From Actinomadura scrupuli (GTDB lineage: Bacteria > Actinomycetota > Actinomycetes > Streptosporangiales > Streptosporangiaceae): a stretch of 64,000 nucleotides of DNA. The notes beneath the pieces were generated by a model that searched no databases, was not told the DNA's origin, and was given only the letters and a program-made list of their open reading frames with translations. The stretch lies in the NCBI RefSeq assembly GCF_050971785.1, contig NZ_JBPCCU010000012.1:58049-122048 (forward strand). Direction: 5' to 3'. The number at the start of each line of letters is the position of its first letter. Position 1 is the stretch's first letter. This document shows positions 1 through 9,672 of the stretch, in pieces. A program made the position numbers and the translations under genes.

Positions 1-33
1 GCAGCGACCTCATGGTATTCCCAGGAATCCCTA

Positions 34-1446
34 TTGCCACGTCTCGGCGCGGATATGGCCATCGGAGATGGGCTGGTGCGCCGTCAATTGCATGAGATCT
101 GCCGACGCCCGGTGAAGCCGGGTACCCGCGAACAGCGCACATTGAGCCTGCTGGCCGATGTGGTCGCCGAGGGATACCTTTCACGCTGGCAAGCGCTCAT
201 CGTCAAAGGACGTGAGCCGCACATGGAACGCGCCGCGCGATGTGTCGCCGCCCATATGCTCGATCAGGGCCTCCATCCCGCTCACCTGCGACGAGAGATC
301 AAGTCACGGCTCGGCGGCGCCGGCAGCGTTGAGGATCTGCTCGGGCTGTTCATCGAGATGGAGGCTGAGGGCGAGCGGGAGTTCTCTGGGTTCGTGCTTC
401 TCCAGGGCAAGGTGCCCGCCGCGGACGTCGCCTCGAAATCAGCGCGCTGGCTGTCGAAGGAGACCGTCAGCGCTCTCTTGGCGACGGACTTTCCTCAGCA
501 CACCTCCATCAGGAACAGCGGCGGGCTGTCCTTCCGGGTCCGTGCCCGAGACCCTTACTCCGCAGCACTCGAGATGACCGAAGTCTTCGATCGGTTACGC
601 AACCGCGTTCGCTATCTGCGGGGCTCCCGGGACCTGATCGCACACCCGAAGCTGTTCATCACGGGAGTGGCCGAGCCCCAGGACTTCGAGCGAGGTGACC
701 AGGCTGTGAGCATCCGTGCGCTGGAGAAGGCAGGTGTGCTTTTCGATGCGCCTGTCGCCGAAGCCGACGGGTTCAGGATCGATGACGCGCTCGAACTGGC
801 CGCGCCGCTGACCGGAAGCTCGCCGAGCACCGCCGTCGCAGGCGCATGGGCATCGCTGGAGTCCCTGCTCTTCTGCGACACCGATGAGGCGGATCGGGAC
901 GAGGGCCGGGCCGTTGCAGCGGATCGCGCCGCGGCACTCGTCGCGGCGGGATGGCCGCGTGCGGAACTGACCGCGCTCAGCTATCGAAAGGAGGTGCTGT
1001 CCGCCGACACGAGGCTCTGCCTGGAACTGGCATCGGTCGGGGACGAGAATCGGGATCGAGTCCGAATCCTGGTCCGGTGGCTCAATTCAGGTGTGCCACT
1101 ACCCCAGATCGCGCCACCTGACCTGGCCGCGCTCCGCCGTATGAGCGAGTTGGTGGAACACCCGTACAGGACTCTGGGACGGGTGAACGGCTACCTCCGA
1201 GGTGCGTTGCGGCGCCTTTATCGTCAACGCAACATCGTGCTCCACGGAGGGTCGACCAGGTCGGTGGCGCTGCGCGCATCTCTGCGTACGGCCGGGCCTC
1301 TCGTTGGTGCGGCGCTCGACCGTATCGCCCACGGTTACACGGCCACCGAGATCAGCCCACTCGATCTCGCGACGAGGGCACAACTGGCTCTCAGGATCGT
1401 CGAGGACCCCGACGGCTGGCCTCTGCACGAACTGCTGGGCACCTGA
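34..1446 (+). CDS. hypothetical protein with C-proximal HEPN-like RNxxxH motif (possible Abi/HEPN RNase-like); start uncertain, reading frame is open back to the window start (the listed start at 34 is TTG)
   Basis: 470-aa ORF. Motif R-Q-R-N-I-V-L-H-G-G at aa 397-406 (nt 1222-1251) matches the canonical HEPN Rx4-6H (RNxxxH) signature. No other recognisable domain. Confidence 0.5.
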   Translation: MPRLGADMAIGDGLVRRQLHEICRRPVKPGTREQRTLSLLADVVAEGYLSRWQALIVKGREPHMERAARCVAAHMLDQGLHPAHLRREIKSRLGGAGSVEDLLGLFIEMEAEGEREFSGFVLLQGKVPAADVASKSARWLSKETVSALLATDFPQHTSIRNSGGLSFRVRARDPYSAALEMTEVFDRLRNRVRYLRGSRDLIAHPKLFITGVAEPQDFERGDQAVSIRALEKAGVLFDAPVAEADGFRIDDALELAAPLTGSSPSTAVAGAWASLESLLFCDTDEADRDEGRAVAADRAAALVAAGWPRAELTALSYRKEVLSADTRLCLELASVGDENRDRVRILVRWLNSGVPLPQIAPPDLAALRRMSELVEHPYRTLGRVNGYLRGALRRLYRQRNIVLHGGSTRSVALRASLRTAGPLVGAALDRIAHGYTATEISPLDLATRAQLALRIVEDPDGWPLHELLGT

Positions 1447-1608
1447 TCCCGGATACCCACCGCTCGACTCGATGAAGTGTCCACCTGAAGCGGGGCCGGC
1501 GCCTCGGGGTGCGGTGGCGCACAGGGACACGGCCGATCGGCTGCTGCCCGGGCCGCGGTTCCGCCGCCATGCGCTGTGGCGCTACACGCGGACCAAGCGC
1601 TGAGGCGA

Positions 1609-2226
1609 TCAGCTTCCGTCGCGCAGTTGGGCCAGGCGGGCCGGCAGAAGGCCGATCCGGTCGAAGGTCACCGGGCAGCCGGGACCGGTGGGCGACTGCG
1701 CCTCGAAGCCGACCTCGACCGTGGCTGCGGTGTCGAGGTCGAAGTAGCGGACCAGCCGCCAGAAACGGCCGTCGTCGGCCGAGGCGTGGAAGGCGTAGGC
1801 CCGGCCGAGGCGGGAGACGCGCAGGAGGATCTCGTCTCCGTCGGCGGTGAAGGCGTTCGCGTCGTCGGAGACGCCGCGGGTGACGACGGTGACCACCATG
1901 GGCGTGTGCTGGGGTGAGTACTCGAAGCAGAGCTTGGCCCAGTGCCGGTCGTCGGCGTACAGCAGGAGCACACCGGCGTCGTAGTCATGGCCGAAGCCGA
2001 CCCGGACCCGGGCGCTCAGCTGAAAGTCGCCCTCGACGGGGGCGACCAGGCGCGGGGCCTTGACGGTGCTCGTGCCGTCGGCCGGGTCGACGAACATGTC
2101 GGTGCCCGGCCCTGCCGTCACCGTCAAGGCTCCGGAGACCTCGTCGAAGACCCAGCCGGCCGGCTCCCCGGCCGGGCGCAAGGGAACGGGCAGACCTGGC
2201 ACCACCACGAATCCGGTCACGGCCAC
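1609..2226 (-). CDS. DUF1349 family protein (concanavalin A-like lectin/glucanase fold)
   Basis: 205-aa ORF with the ConA-like/DUF1349 pattern (FDExSGALTVTAGPGTDMF...PRL...GDFQLSARV...YDxAGLLLY). Confidence 0.55.
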   Translation of the reverse strand: MAVTGFVVVPGLPVPLRPAGEPAGWVFDEVSGALTVTAGPGTDMFVDPADGTSTVKAPRLVAPVEGDFQLSARVRVGFGHDYDAGVLLLYADDRHWAKLCFEYSPQHTPMVVTVVTRGVSDDANAFTADGDEILLRVSRLGRAYAFHASADDGRFWRLVRYFDLDTAATVEVGFEAQSPTGPGCPVTFDRIGLLPARLAQLRDGS

Positions 2227-2443
2227 GAACGTACTGATCTCTCCCGACAGCCGCCAGTGCCCGGTCGTGAAGATCCAGAACCCCCGGGACGCCGGGAGCG
2301 GTTCAGCACGGGTCCGATCCGCCAGGGGTGGCGCAGCCGCACGTCACCATATAGTTTTGTAATGCAACTCACTCTGGTAGGGGGCGGGCGGCGCCGTATC
2401 ACCGACGAGTGACCGAGGTCGCTCGGGGAGCCGGGAGATCCGA

Positions 2444-4747
2444 ATGGCGATGTCAGGGCAGCGGACCACCACGGGTGACTGGCGGTCGAGCGCCTGCATC
2501 CTGTGCGAGTGCAACTGCGGAGTCGAGATCCTGATCGGCGAGAACGGCCGGTCGTTCGACCGGGTCCGCGGGGACAGGCTCCACCCCTCGTCACAGGGGT
2601 ACACCTGCAACAAGGCCCTGCGCCTCGACCACTACCAGAACGGCCGGACCGGCCGGATCACCCGGCCGCTGCGGCGCCGCCCGGACGGCACGTTCGAGGA
2701 GATCGACTGGGACACCGCGATCAGCGAGATCGCCGAACGCTTCAAGGGGATCCAGCAGGCGTACGGCGGAGAGTCGATCTTCTACTACGGCGGTGGTGGT
2801 CAGGGCAACCATCTGGGCGGGGCCTACTCGTCCGCCACGCTGGCGGCGTTCGGGGCGCGCTACCGCTCGAGCGCGCTGGCCCAGGAAAAGACGGGCGATT
2901 TCTGGGTGAGCGCCCGGATGCTCGGAGCGGCGCACCGGGCCGACATCGAGCACTGCGAGGTCGCGGTGTTCGTCGGCAAGAACCCGTACCAGTCGCACGG
3001 CTTCCCGCGGGCACGCTCGGTCCTCAAGGAGATCGCCAAGGATCCCGCCCGGTCCATGATCGTGATCGATCCGGTACACACCGAGAGCGCCGAGCTCGCC
3101 GACTTCCATCTGCAGGTACGGCCCGGCACGGACATCTATCTGCTCACCGCGCTGGCGGCGGTCCTGGTCCAGGAGGACCTGATCGCCACCGAATGGCTGA
3201 CCGAGCACGCCGACGGGCTGGAGGCCGTACGGGCCGTCCTGGGCGGTGTGCCGGTCGACCGCTACTGCGAGGTCTCCGGGGTGCCGGAGGACCTGGTGCG
3301 GGCCGCCGCCCGCAGGATCGCCGGCGCCTCCTCCGTCGCGGTCCTGGAGGACCTCGGCGTGCAGATGAACAAGGACTCGACGCTGGTCAGCTACGTGGAG
3401 AAGCTGGTCTGGCTGCTCACCGGCAACCTGGGCAAGCGCGGGGCACAGTACGTCTTCTCCAGCCTGGTGCCCATCGCCCGGGACCGCGGGCTGCCGTCCG
3501 AGCAGGTCCGCAGGAGCCCGGTCGTCAAGGCCCCCATCATCAGCGGCCTGGTGCCCTGCAACGTCATCGCGGACGAGATCCTCACCGACCATCCCGCTCG
3601 TTACCGGGCCATGCTCGTCGAGAGCGGCAACCCCGCGCACTCGGTCGCCGACTCGGCCCGGATGCGCGAGGCCCTCCGGTCCCTGGAACTGGTCGTGGTC
3701 ATCGACGTGGCGATGACCGAGACCGCCCGCCTCGCCGACTACGTGCTGCCGGCACCCACCCAGTACGAGAAGTACGAGGCGACCTTCTTCAACTTCGAGT
3801 TCCCACGCAACGTCTTCCACCTGCGCCACCCGGTCCTGGCGGCGCCGGACGGCGTCATGCCCGAGCCGGAGATCCACGCCCGCCTGGTCGAGGCCGCCGG
3901 AGCGCTCGGCGAAGCCGACTACGCCCCGCTCCGGGAGGCGGCGGCGCAGGGCCGTGCGCAGTTCGCCAAGGCCTTCCAGGAGACGGTCGCAGCCGAGCCT
4001 CGTCTCGCCAGGCTGGTCTCGGTGCTGCTGTACCGCACGCTCGGCCCGACCCTGCCCGGCGATGCCGCGGCCGCGGCCGTACTCTGGGCCGCCGCCCACC
4101 GGTGCGCCTTCGAGAACCCCGCCGGGGTGGCACGCGCCGGCCACGGTACGGGCCTGGAAGCCGGTGATCGCCTGTTCGACGCGATCCTCGCCGGACCGCA
4201 CGGCGTGGTCATCACCGATGACGAGCAGGACGAGACGTGGACCCGGCTGAAGGGCCGCAGGATCCAGCTGGACCTCGCCGAGCTCCTCGCACAGGTCGCG
4301 GCCGTCGCCGACCGGCCGCTCCCGGAGCCCGAGGGGGACTGGCCGTACGTGCTGTCCGCGGGCGAACGCCGGCCCTTCACCGCCAACACGATCCTGCGCG
4401 ATCCCGCCTGGCGCAAGCGCGACCCCGGCGGCGCCCTCCACATGAGCACCGCGGACGCGGAACGGCTCGGCGTGACCGCCGGCGACCGGGTACGGCTGAC
4501 CACCCGGCGTGGCAGCGCCGAGGTCACCGTCGAGCCCACCGACCGGATGCGCCCGGGCCATCTGTCCCTGCCGAACGGGCTGGGCCTGTCGGTCCCCGGC
4601 CCGGACGGCACGCCGGTCGTCACCGGCATCGCGCCCAACGAGCTCACCGCCGCCGAGGACCGCGACGAGTGGGCGGGCACCCCGTGGCACAAGCACGTCC
4701 CCGCCCGGCTCGAGGTCCTGGAGCCGGCGGTGGCCCCGGGACGATGA
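2444..4747 (+). CDS. molybdopterin (Mo-bisPGD) oxidoreductase family protein, FdhA/BisC-like catalytic subunit
   Basis: 767 aa. N-terminal Cys cluster CILCECNCGVEI (4Fe-4S of MopB enzymes), a molybdopterin-binding central region, and a C-terminal MopB_CT-like barrel (RVRLTTRRGSAEVTVEPTD). Confidence 0.8.
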   Translation: MAMSGQRTTTGDWRSSACILCECNCGVEILIGENGRSFDRVRGDRLHPSSQGYTCNKALRLDHYQNGRTGRITRPLRRRPDGTFEEIDWDTAISEIAERFKGIQQAYGGESIFYYGGGGQGNHLGGAYSSATLAAFGARYRSSALAQEKTGDFWVSARMLGAAHRADIEHCEVAVFVGKNPYQSHGFPRARSVLKEIAKDPARSMIVIDPVHTESAELADFHLQVRPGTDIYLLTALAAVLVQEDLIATEWLTEHADGLEAVRAVLGGVPVDRYCEVSGVPEDLVRAAARRIAGASSVAVLEDLGVQMNKDSTLVSYVEKLVWLLTGNLGKRGAQYVFSSLVPIARDRGLPSEQVRRSPVVKAPIISGLVPCNVIADEILTDHPARYRAMLVESGNPAHSVADSARMREALRSLELVVVIDVAMTETARLADYVLPAPTQYEKYEATFFNFEFPRNVFHLRHPVLAAPDGVMPEPEIHARLVEAAGALGEADYAPLREAAAQGRAQFAKAFQETVAAEPRLARLVSVLLYRTLGPTLPGDAAAAAVLWAAAHRCAFENPAGVARAGHGTGLEAGDRLFDAILAGPHGVVITDDEQDETWTRLKGRRIQLDLAELLAQVAAVADRPLPEPEGDWPYVLSAGERRPFTANTILRDPAWRKRDPGGALHMSTADAERLGVTAGDRVRLTTRRGSAEVTVEPTDRMRPGHLSLPNGLGLSVPGPDGTPVVTGIAPNELTAAEDRDEWAGTPWHKHVPARLEVLEPAVAPGR

Positions 4748-4769
4748 GCCGGGTCCGTACGCGGGCTCC

Positions 4770-5288
4770 TCACCCGGTGGCCGACCGGGCGGTGCGGGCC
4801 GGCGAGAGCCGCTGGTAGCCGAGGGCGGCGAGACCGAACGCCAGGCCCCCGATCACGAAGAGCACGTCGGTCGCGCCGCCGGCGAACAACGCCCAGGCCG
4901 ACGGATGCCCGGTCCCCATGACCTGTGCGGTCGTCAGCCCGGTGAGCCCCCGGGGCAGGATCCCGGTGGCGCGGCCCAGGCTGTCGGCCACGCCGATGAG
5001 CCCGCGTCCGCCGAGGAGCACGCACCCCGCCCACGCGGCGGAGACGAGCATCCAGCGCGGAATCCGGCGGCCCCACGGCCGGGCGAGGGCCACCGGCACC
5101 AGGATCCCGACGACGACCATGGTGAGGACGACCGCCGTGGACAGCTCCGCGAGGACACGCTCGGTCCCCTGGTGATCCGACGGCGTGGGGAACTCCAGGC
5201 CGGTGACGGCCCAGACGACATGCCAGGCGAGAAAGACCATCACCCACGTGAACGCCGCGTAGGCGGTCCTTCGGTTGACGCGCATACG
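4770..5288 (-). CDS. hypothetical integral membrane protein
   Basis: Start taken at MRVNRR. About four predicted hydrophobic helices. The ORF extends to 5396 with an Arg/Gly-rich, probably non-coding N-terminal extension. Confidence 0.45.
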   Translation of the reverse strand, partial: RMRVNRRTAYAAFTWVMVFLAWHVVWAVTGLEFPTPSDHQGTERVLAELSTAVVLTMVVVGILVPVALARPWGRRIPRWMLVSAAWAGCVLLGGRGLIGVADSLGRATGILPRGLTGLTTAQVMGTGHPSAWALFAGGATDVLFVIGGLAFGLAALGYQRLSPARTARSATG

Positions 5289-5510
5289 GTCATCGGCGGT
5301 GCCGCCGCCCGCGCGCCACCTGAGCGGTGCCCGGCCGGCCCCTGCCGGGTGGGCGAACGATGGGGAGCGATCCCGGGAACTGTTCATGCCGACCACGATC
5401 GCCCGGACGGCGGCACCGCCGCCTCCCCTCGCCGGGCAGTCCGTACCCCCTGCCGGCGGGAGCCGGTCTCCTCCCCGGGAAGGAGCCCCGCCCTCCGGAA
5501 CACCCGATGG

Positions 5511-6338
5511 TCAGTCGCAGCCCTCGAACTGGGGGACGTCGATGACGGACAGGTCCAGGCCGGTGCCGCCGAACCACTTCTGCATGAGCCTGCGGGCGGT
5601 GCCGTCCTGGTACATCCGGATGATGGCCCGGTTGAGGGCCTCGCACCCGTCCAGATCGCCCTTCCGTATGCCGATGCCGGTCCGCTGCTCGCCGAACTTG
5701 GCGTTGACCAGCCGCATGCCGCCCTCCCGTCGGATCAGGCCGACCAGGATCACGTCGTTGGTGGTGATGGCCTCCACGGCGCCGTTCCGCAGCATGGTCA
5801 CGCACTGGTCGTAGTCCGCGGCCGGGACCACCACGGCGGCCACCTTCCGCCCCTCCACCACGCGTTCGGCCGTGTCGGAGCCCCGCACCGCGCAGATCCT
5901 GCGGCCTTTCAGATCTCGTACGCCCCGGATCCTCCGCTCGTCCGACCGCACCAGGATGTCCTGGTACGAGGCGTAGTACGGCCCGGCGAAGGCGACTCTG
6001 GTCTTACGTTCCGGGGTGACGGAGAAGGTCGCCAGGATCAGGTCCGCCCTGCCGGACAGCAGCAGCGGCTCCCGGTCGGCCGCGAGCGCCGGGACGAACC
6101 GGACGCGCGCTCCGAGCCGGCCGCCCAGATATCGGGCCACGTCGACGTCGAACCCCTCGAACGTGCCGTCCGGCAGCCGCAGGCCGAGCCCGGGCAGGTC
6201 CGGCCGGACCCCCACCACCAACGTCTCCTTGTCCACGATCGACAGCCGCGACATGCCGCACGCCATCGGGAACAGCGCGAGCAGCAGCATCACCACCAGC
6301 AACCGGGCACTCGGGAATCCGCCGGCACTCTGGCCCAT
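5511..6338 (-). CDS. ABC transporter substrate-binding protein, family 3 (polar amino acid type), lipoprotein
   Basis: Start MGQSAGG at 6336-6338, followed by a signal/lipobox LALFPMACG. SBP_bac_3-like core (ICAVRGSDTAERV...TNDVILVGLI...GIGIRKGD...LNRAI). The six-frame ORF extends artefactually to 6833. Confidence 0.75.
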   Translation of the reverse strand: MGQSAGGFPSARLLVVMLLLALFPMACGMSRLSIVDKETLVVGVRPDLPGLGLRLPDGTFEGFDVDVARYLGGRLGARVRFVPALAADREPLLLSGRADLILATFSVTPERKTRVAFAGPYYASYQDILVRSDERRIRGVRDLKGRRICAVRGSDTAERVVEGRKVAAVVVPAADYDQCVTMLRNGAVEAITTNDVILVGLIRREGGMRLVNAKFGEQRTGIGIRKGDLDGCEALNRAIIRMYQDGTARRLMQKWFGGTGLDLSVIDVPQFEGCD

Positions 6339-7039
6339 TATTTGATCTTCGCGGTGATGGTCTGTACGAACTCGGGGAGGACGTCGTCGCGCCAGAACCA
6401 GGGGGCCGGAGCCGGTCTGCCCTTGAACGTCACGGTGGTCTGCCCGCCGACGGTGAACAGGAGCGGGCCCTTGCGGCAGAACCAGTCGCCCTGCGCCTGC
6501 CCGGTGATGGCACACTGATCCGCGCCCTTCGAGCCCTGGCCGGTGTCGACCGCCGGTGCGACACGCCGGTAGTAAGCGGCGATCAACGCGGGGTCGGCCA
6601 CACTCTCGATACGGATCCAGAACTGGGTGGCATGGTAGACCTCGCCCGGCAGACGCATGCTGTAGAGGCACTGGCCGGATTCGGAGCGAGCACTCTCCCT
6701 CCACGAGGGGTCCGCGGCGAAATCCTTGATCGACACGCTGTGGATCCAGCGCCGCTCCTGCTCGATGTCCTTGACACCGGGGAAGATCGACTTGATCTCC
6801 TCCTCGTCCACGAAGGAGCACGCGTCCGGCCATTGGTTCGCGGCCAGGATCTTGCCGTCCTTGAGCGCGGGAAACGTGACTCCCGCACCCCGGGGTGCGG
6901 CCGTTCCGATCACCACATCGCCCTCTTTCAAGGGGTTCGTCCTGGTCAGCACCAATACCCCGGCGAAGATCGAGATCGGCAAAGTGATGATCAGCAGGAA
7001 CGCCGGCAATACACAGGACCGGTTTGTCCGCATGGCCAC
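6338..7039 (-). CDS. hypothetical membrane-anchored extracytoplasmic protein
   Basis: 233 aa with one N-terminal TM helix (VLPAFLLIITLPISIFAGVLVL) and four Cys in the ectodomain. Its stop overlaps the downstream SBP start (ATGA at 6338). Confidence 0.5.
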   Translation of the reverse strand: MAMRTNRSCVLPAFLLIITLPISIFAGVLVLTRTNPLKEGDVVIGTAAPRGAGVTFPALKDGKILAANQWPDACSFVDEEEIKSIFPGVKDIEQERRWIHSVSIKDFAADPSWRESARSESGQCLYSMRLPGEVYHATQFWIRIESVADPALIAAYYRRVAPAVDTGQGSKGADQCAITGQAQGDWFCRKGPLLFTVGGQTTVTFKGRPAPAPWFWRDDVLPEFVQTITAKIK

Positions 7040-7243
7040 TGATTCCCCCTAGGAGCCCGGATTATTGGTCGCTTTCGCCCCAGCCTGGCTGTGGGCGGAT
7101 ATGTCGGTGGGCGCTGCTACGGTCGCGCCCGTGACATTGCTGCGCAGTGCTGCGGAACCATTCCGAACCCGGCGAGCCCGCCGGACCCGCCGGCTCGATG
7201 CTCCGGGCAGAAAGCCGGGGGTCCACCGGACGGAACCGTCCTG

Positions 7244-8095
7244 ATGACCATGCATGTGGCAAGCAGGCGTCGTTCGCCCGCGGCCATCGCGACGGCACAT
7301 CCGGGCGCGGTGGTCATCGACGTCACCTCCAGGGCGCCGGAGCCCTGGGTGCGGCTGAGTCCCTTCTACCCTCACGGCGGCATCCCCGTTCCCTTCTCAC
7401 CGGGCGCGGCGAGCCAGTCGGTCGAAGGCATCTGGCAGGCGCTGAAGGTGTTCGAGGCCGCCGACGTCGACCCGGCCAAGCGGACGAGCGGTAAGAGGAG
7501 CCCCGACATGCTGGAGCGCGACCGGACGACCGAGCCCTTCGACGAGCGGGAGGGGTTCCGGGACATCGTCGGGCTCCTGCCTGTCGAGCGCCGAGACGAA
7601 CCCGCCGACTTCTGGGACATCGGAGAGCAGGAGGGCGCTCTGGAGACCCTGGTCTCCGCCCTGCTCGACTGCCGGGTGCCGATCACCGGACTCGCTCGCG
7701 CACGACTCGCCGCCCTCGCCGAGCAGTGGGGCACCTGGGACGTGCTCGCCGGTCCGCTGGCCTCCTGCGAGAGCGCGGCCGAGGACGCGCCGTTGCGGCT
7801 GGTCGAGCGCACCGACCGCGGCACGGCGGTGGAGGAGGAGCTGACCAGGGAGATCGGCCTCGGCCACCCGCTGACCGGTCTGGCGGCCGTCGCCTGGTTC
7901 ACCTGCGGCCGCTGCGACGACGTCCTCATCCGGGTCCACGAGAACGAGCCCTGGGGCTTGTCGTTCACGGCCTCGCAGTACGCGATCACGCGTCCGACCT
8001 GGAGCGGCGGCGAAGAGCCGTACCCGCTGCCGACGACCGTCTTCTTCACCACCCCCTACGAGGCGATCGACACCCTCCTCGATCGCTGCCGCTGA
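7244..8095 (+). CDS. hypothetical protein (start uncertain; the ORF opens at a GTG at 7091)
   Basis: Start taken at MTMHVASRRR (ATG 7244). No confident domain. There is weak resemblance of PFSPGAASQSVEGIWQALKVFE to the NADAR/YbiA core motif. Confidence 0.4.
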   Translation: MTMHVASRRRSPAAIATAHPGAVVIDVTSRAPEPWVRLSPFYPHGGIPVPFSPGAASQSVEGIWQALKVFEAADVDPAKRTSGKRSPDMLERDRTTEPFDEREGFRDIVGLLPVERRDEPADFWDIGEQEGALETLVSALLDCRVPITGLARARLAALAEQWGTWDVLAGPLASCESAAEDAPLRLVERTDRGTAVEEELTREIGLGHPLTGLAAVAWFTCGRCDDVLIRVHENEPWGLSFTASQYAITRPTWSGGEEPYPLPTTVFFTTPYEAIDTLLDRCR

Positions 8096-8204
8096 CCTCG
8101 ATCGCTGCCGCTGAACCGCCCCGACGGCCCGGCCCATGCCGGCTGCACTCTGGAGGCGCTCGTGACCTCGTCCGGCATGCGGAAACGCGGTCGCCGCACT
8201 CGGC

Positions 8205-9338
8205 TCAGCTCACCGGGATGACGAAGATCCGGTCGTCGCCGGGCCGCGGGGTGAGGTGACCGTCCCGGTTGCTGGTGGTGACCCACAGCGATCCGTCGGC
8301 GGCCCGGGCGACCGCGCGCAAGCGCCCGTACGTGCCCTGGTAGTGGGCCACCGGGCGGCCCACCGAGCCCTCGGGAGTGAGCGGCACCTGCCACAGCCGC
8401 TCGCCGCGCAGCGCCGCGGCCCACAATGAGCCGTCCGCATAGGCCAGCCCGGACGGTGATGCCTCCGAGGTCGCCCAGGTCAGCAGCGGGTCGGTGTACT
8501 TGCCGCGGCCACCGACGCCCTCGACCTCGGGCCAGCCGTAGTTGTGGCCCGGCTCGATCCGGTTGATCTCGTCCAGGCGGTTCTGGCCGAACTCGGTGGC
8601 GTACATCCGCCCTTTGTCGTCCCAGGCCAGCCCCTGTACGTTGCGATGGCCGTAGGTCCAGACGCGGGTGCCGAACGGGTTGCCGGGCGCGGGCCTGCCC
8701 TCCGGAGTGACCCGGAGGATCTTGCCGCCCAGTGAGCCGCGGTTCTGGGCCAGCCCCTTCTCGCCGGTCTCCCCCGTCCCGGCGTACAGCATCTTGTCCG
8801 GGCCGAAGGCCAGCCGCCCGCCGTTGTGGATGGTGCCCTTCGGGATGCCGGTGACCAGGTTCTCCAGCCGCCCGATGCCGGTGCGGGTCAGGGCGAAGCG
8901 AACGATCCGGTTGTCCGAGGCGCTGGTGAAGTACACATAGACGAGGTGGTCGGCGTCGTAGGTGGGCGACACCGCAACCCCGAGCAGGCCGCCCTCACCG
9001 GCGGGCGCCACCCCGGGCACCGTGCCGAGCGGGAAGACCTTGCCCTGCGGGGTCACCCGTAGCAGCCGGGCGCTCTCGCGTTCGGTGACCAGGGCGTCGC
9101 CGCCCGGCAGGAACGCCACCGCCCACGGCACCTCGAGCCCGGTGGCCAGCTGCCGGGGCTGTCCGAGCCGGGCGGCGCCGGCCTGCCCGGTCGTACCGGG
9201 CCGCGCGGTCGTGGGCAGCGGAGCCGGTGTCCGCGCGGCGCCGTCGGATTCGGCCGAAGAGCAGCCTGCGGCCAGCAGTGTCACACCGGTCGCGATGGCG
9301 ATGGTCAAGCGTCGTCTCATGAACTCACCCCTCGTCAC
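8205..9338 (-). CDS. PQQ-dependent sugar dehydrogenase (soluble aldose/sorbosone dehydrogenase, YliI family), lipoprotein
   Basis: 377 aa with lipobox LLAAGCSS. GSDH beta-propeller motifs (LEVPWAVAFLPGGDALVTER, GGRLAFGPDKMLY, YGHRNVQGLAWD, EINRIEPGHNYGWP). Confidence 0.75.
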   Translation of the reverse strand: MTRGEFMRRRLTIAIATGVTLLAAGCSSAESDGAARTPAPLPTTARPGTTGQAGAARLGQPRQLATGLEVPWAVAFLPGGDALVTERESARLLRVTPQGKVFPLGTVPGVAPAGEGGLLGVAVSPTYDADHLVYVYFTSASDNRIVRFALTRTGIGRLENLVTGIPKGTIHNGGRLAFGPDKMLYAGTGETGEKGLAQNRGSLGGKILRVTPEGRPAPGNPFGTRVWTYGHRNVQGLAWDDKGRMYATEFGQNRLDEINRIEPGHNYGWPEVEGVGGRGKYTDPLLTWATSEASPSGLAYADGSLWAAALRGERLWQVPLTPEGSVGRPVAHYQGTYGRLRAVARAADGSLWVTTSNRDGHLTPRPGDDRIFVIPVS

Positions 9339-9672
9339 TGTTACATACGAGCGGGGACGGGCTCGGGTTTCGCCGGCGCTCAGGCGTGACCGTACCGTTT
9401 TCGTCTGTGGACGGCCTCCGGTTGCGATCAGCAGGGCTGGGTGGTCACGGTCTGCCCGTTGCTCGCCGTCGACTCGTTTCCGGCCGCGTCGACCGCGGTG
9501 ATCGTGATCAGCACCGGTCCGGGGTGATCGGCGTACGCCGCCGACCGGATCCAGGGCCGGTCACCGTGATCGTCAGTCCCGGTGAACACGACCGGACGCC
9601 GTCACGGTCGTGCGGCTCTCGTGCCGGGCCACGGTGCGCGGGTGCCCCGAGGGATGAAAGCTCGCGTCCCGG

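Noticed and set aside
2503-4696. 554-aa plus-strand and 701-aa minus-strand alternative-frame ORFs overlapping the molybdoenzyme gene
   Set aside because: The in-frame 2444..4747 ORF has the MopB Cys cluster and domain order. The alternatives are Arg/Pro/Gly-rich nonsense.
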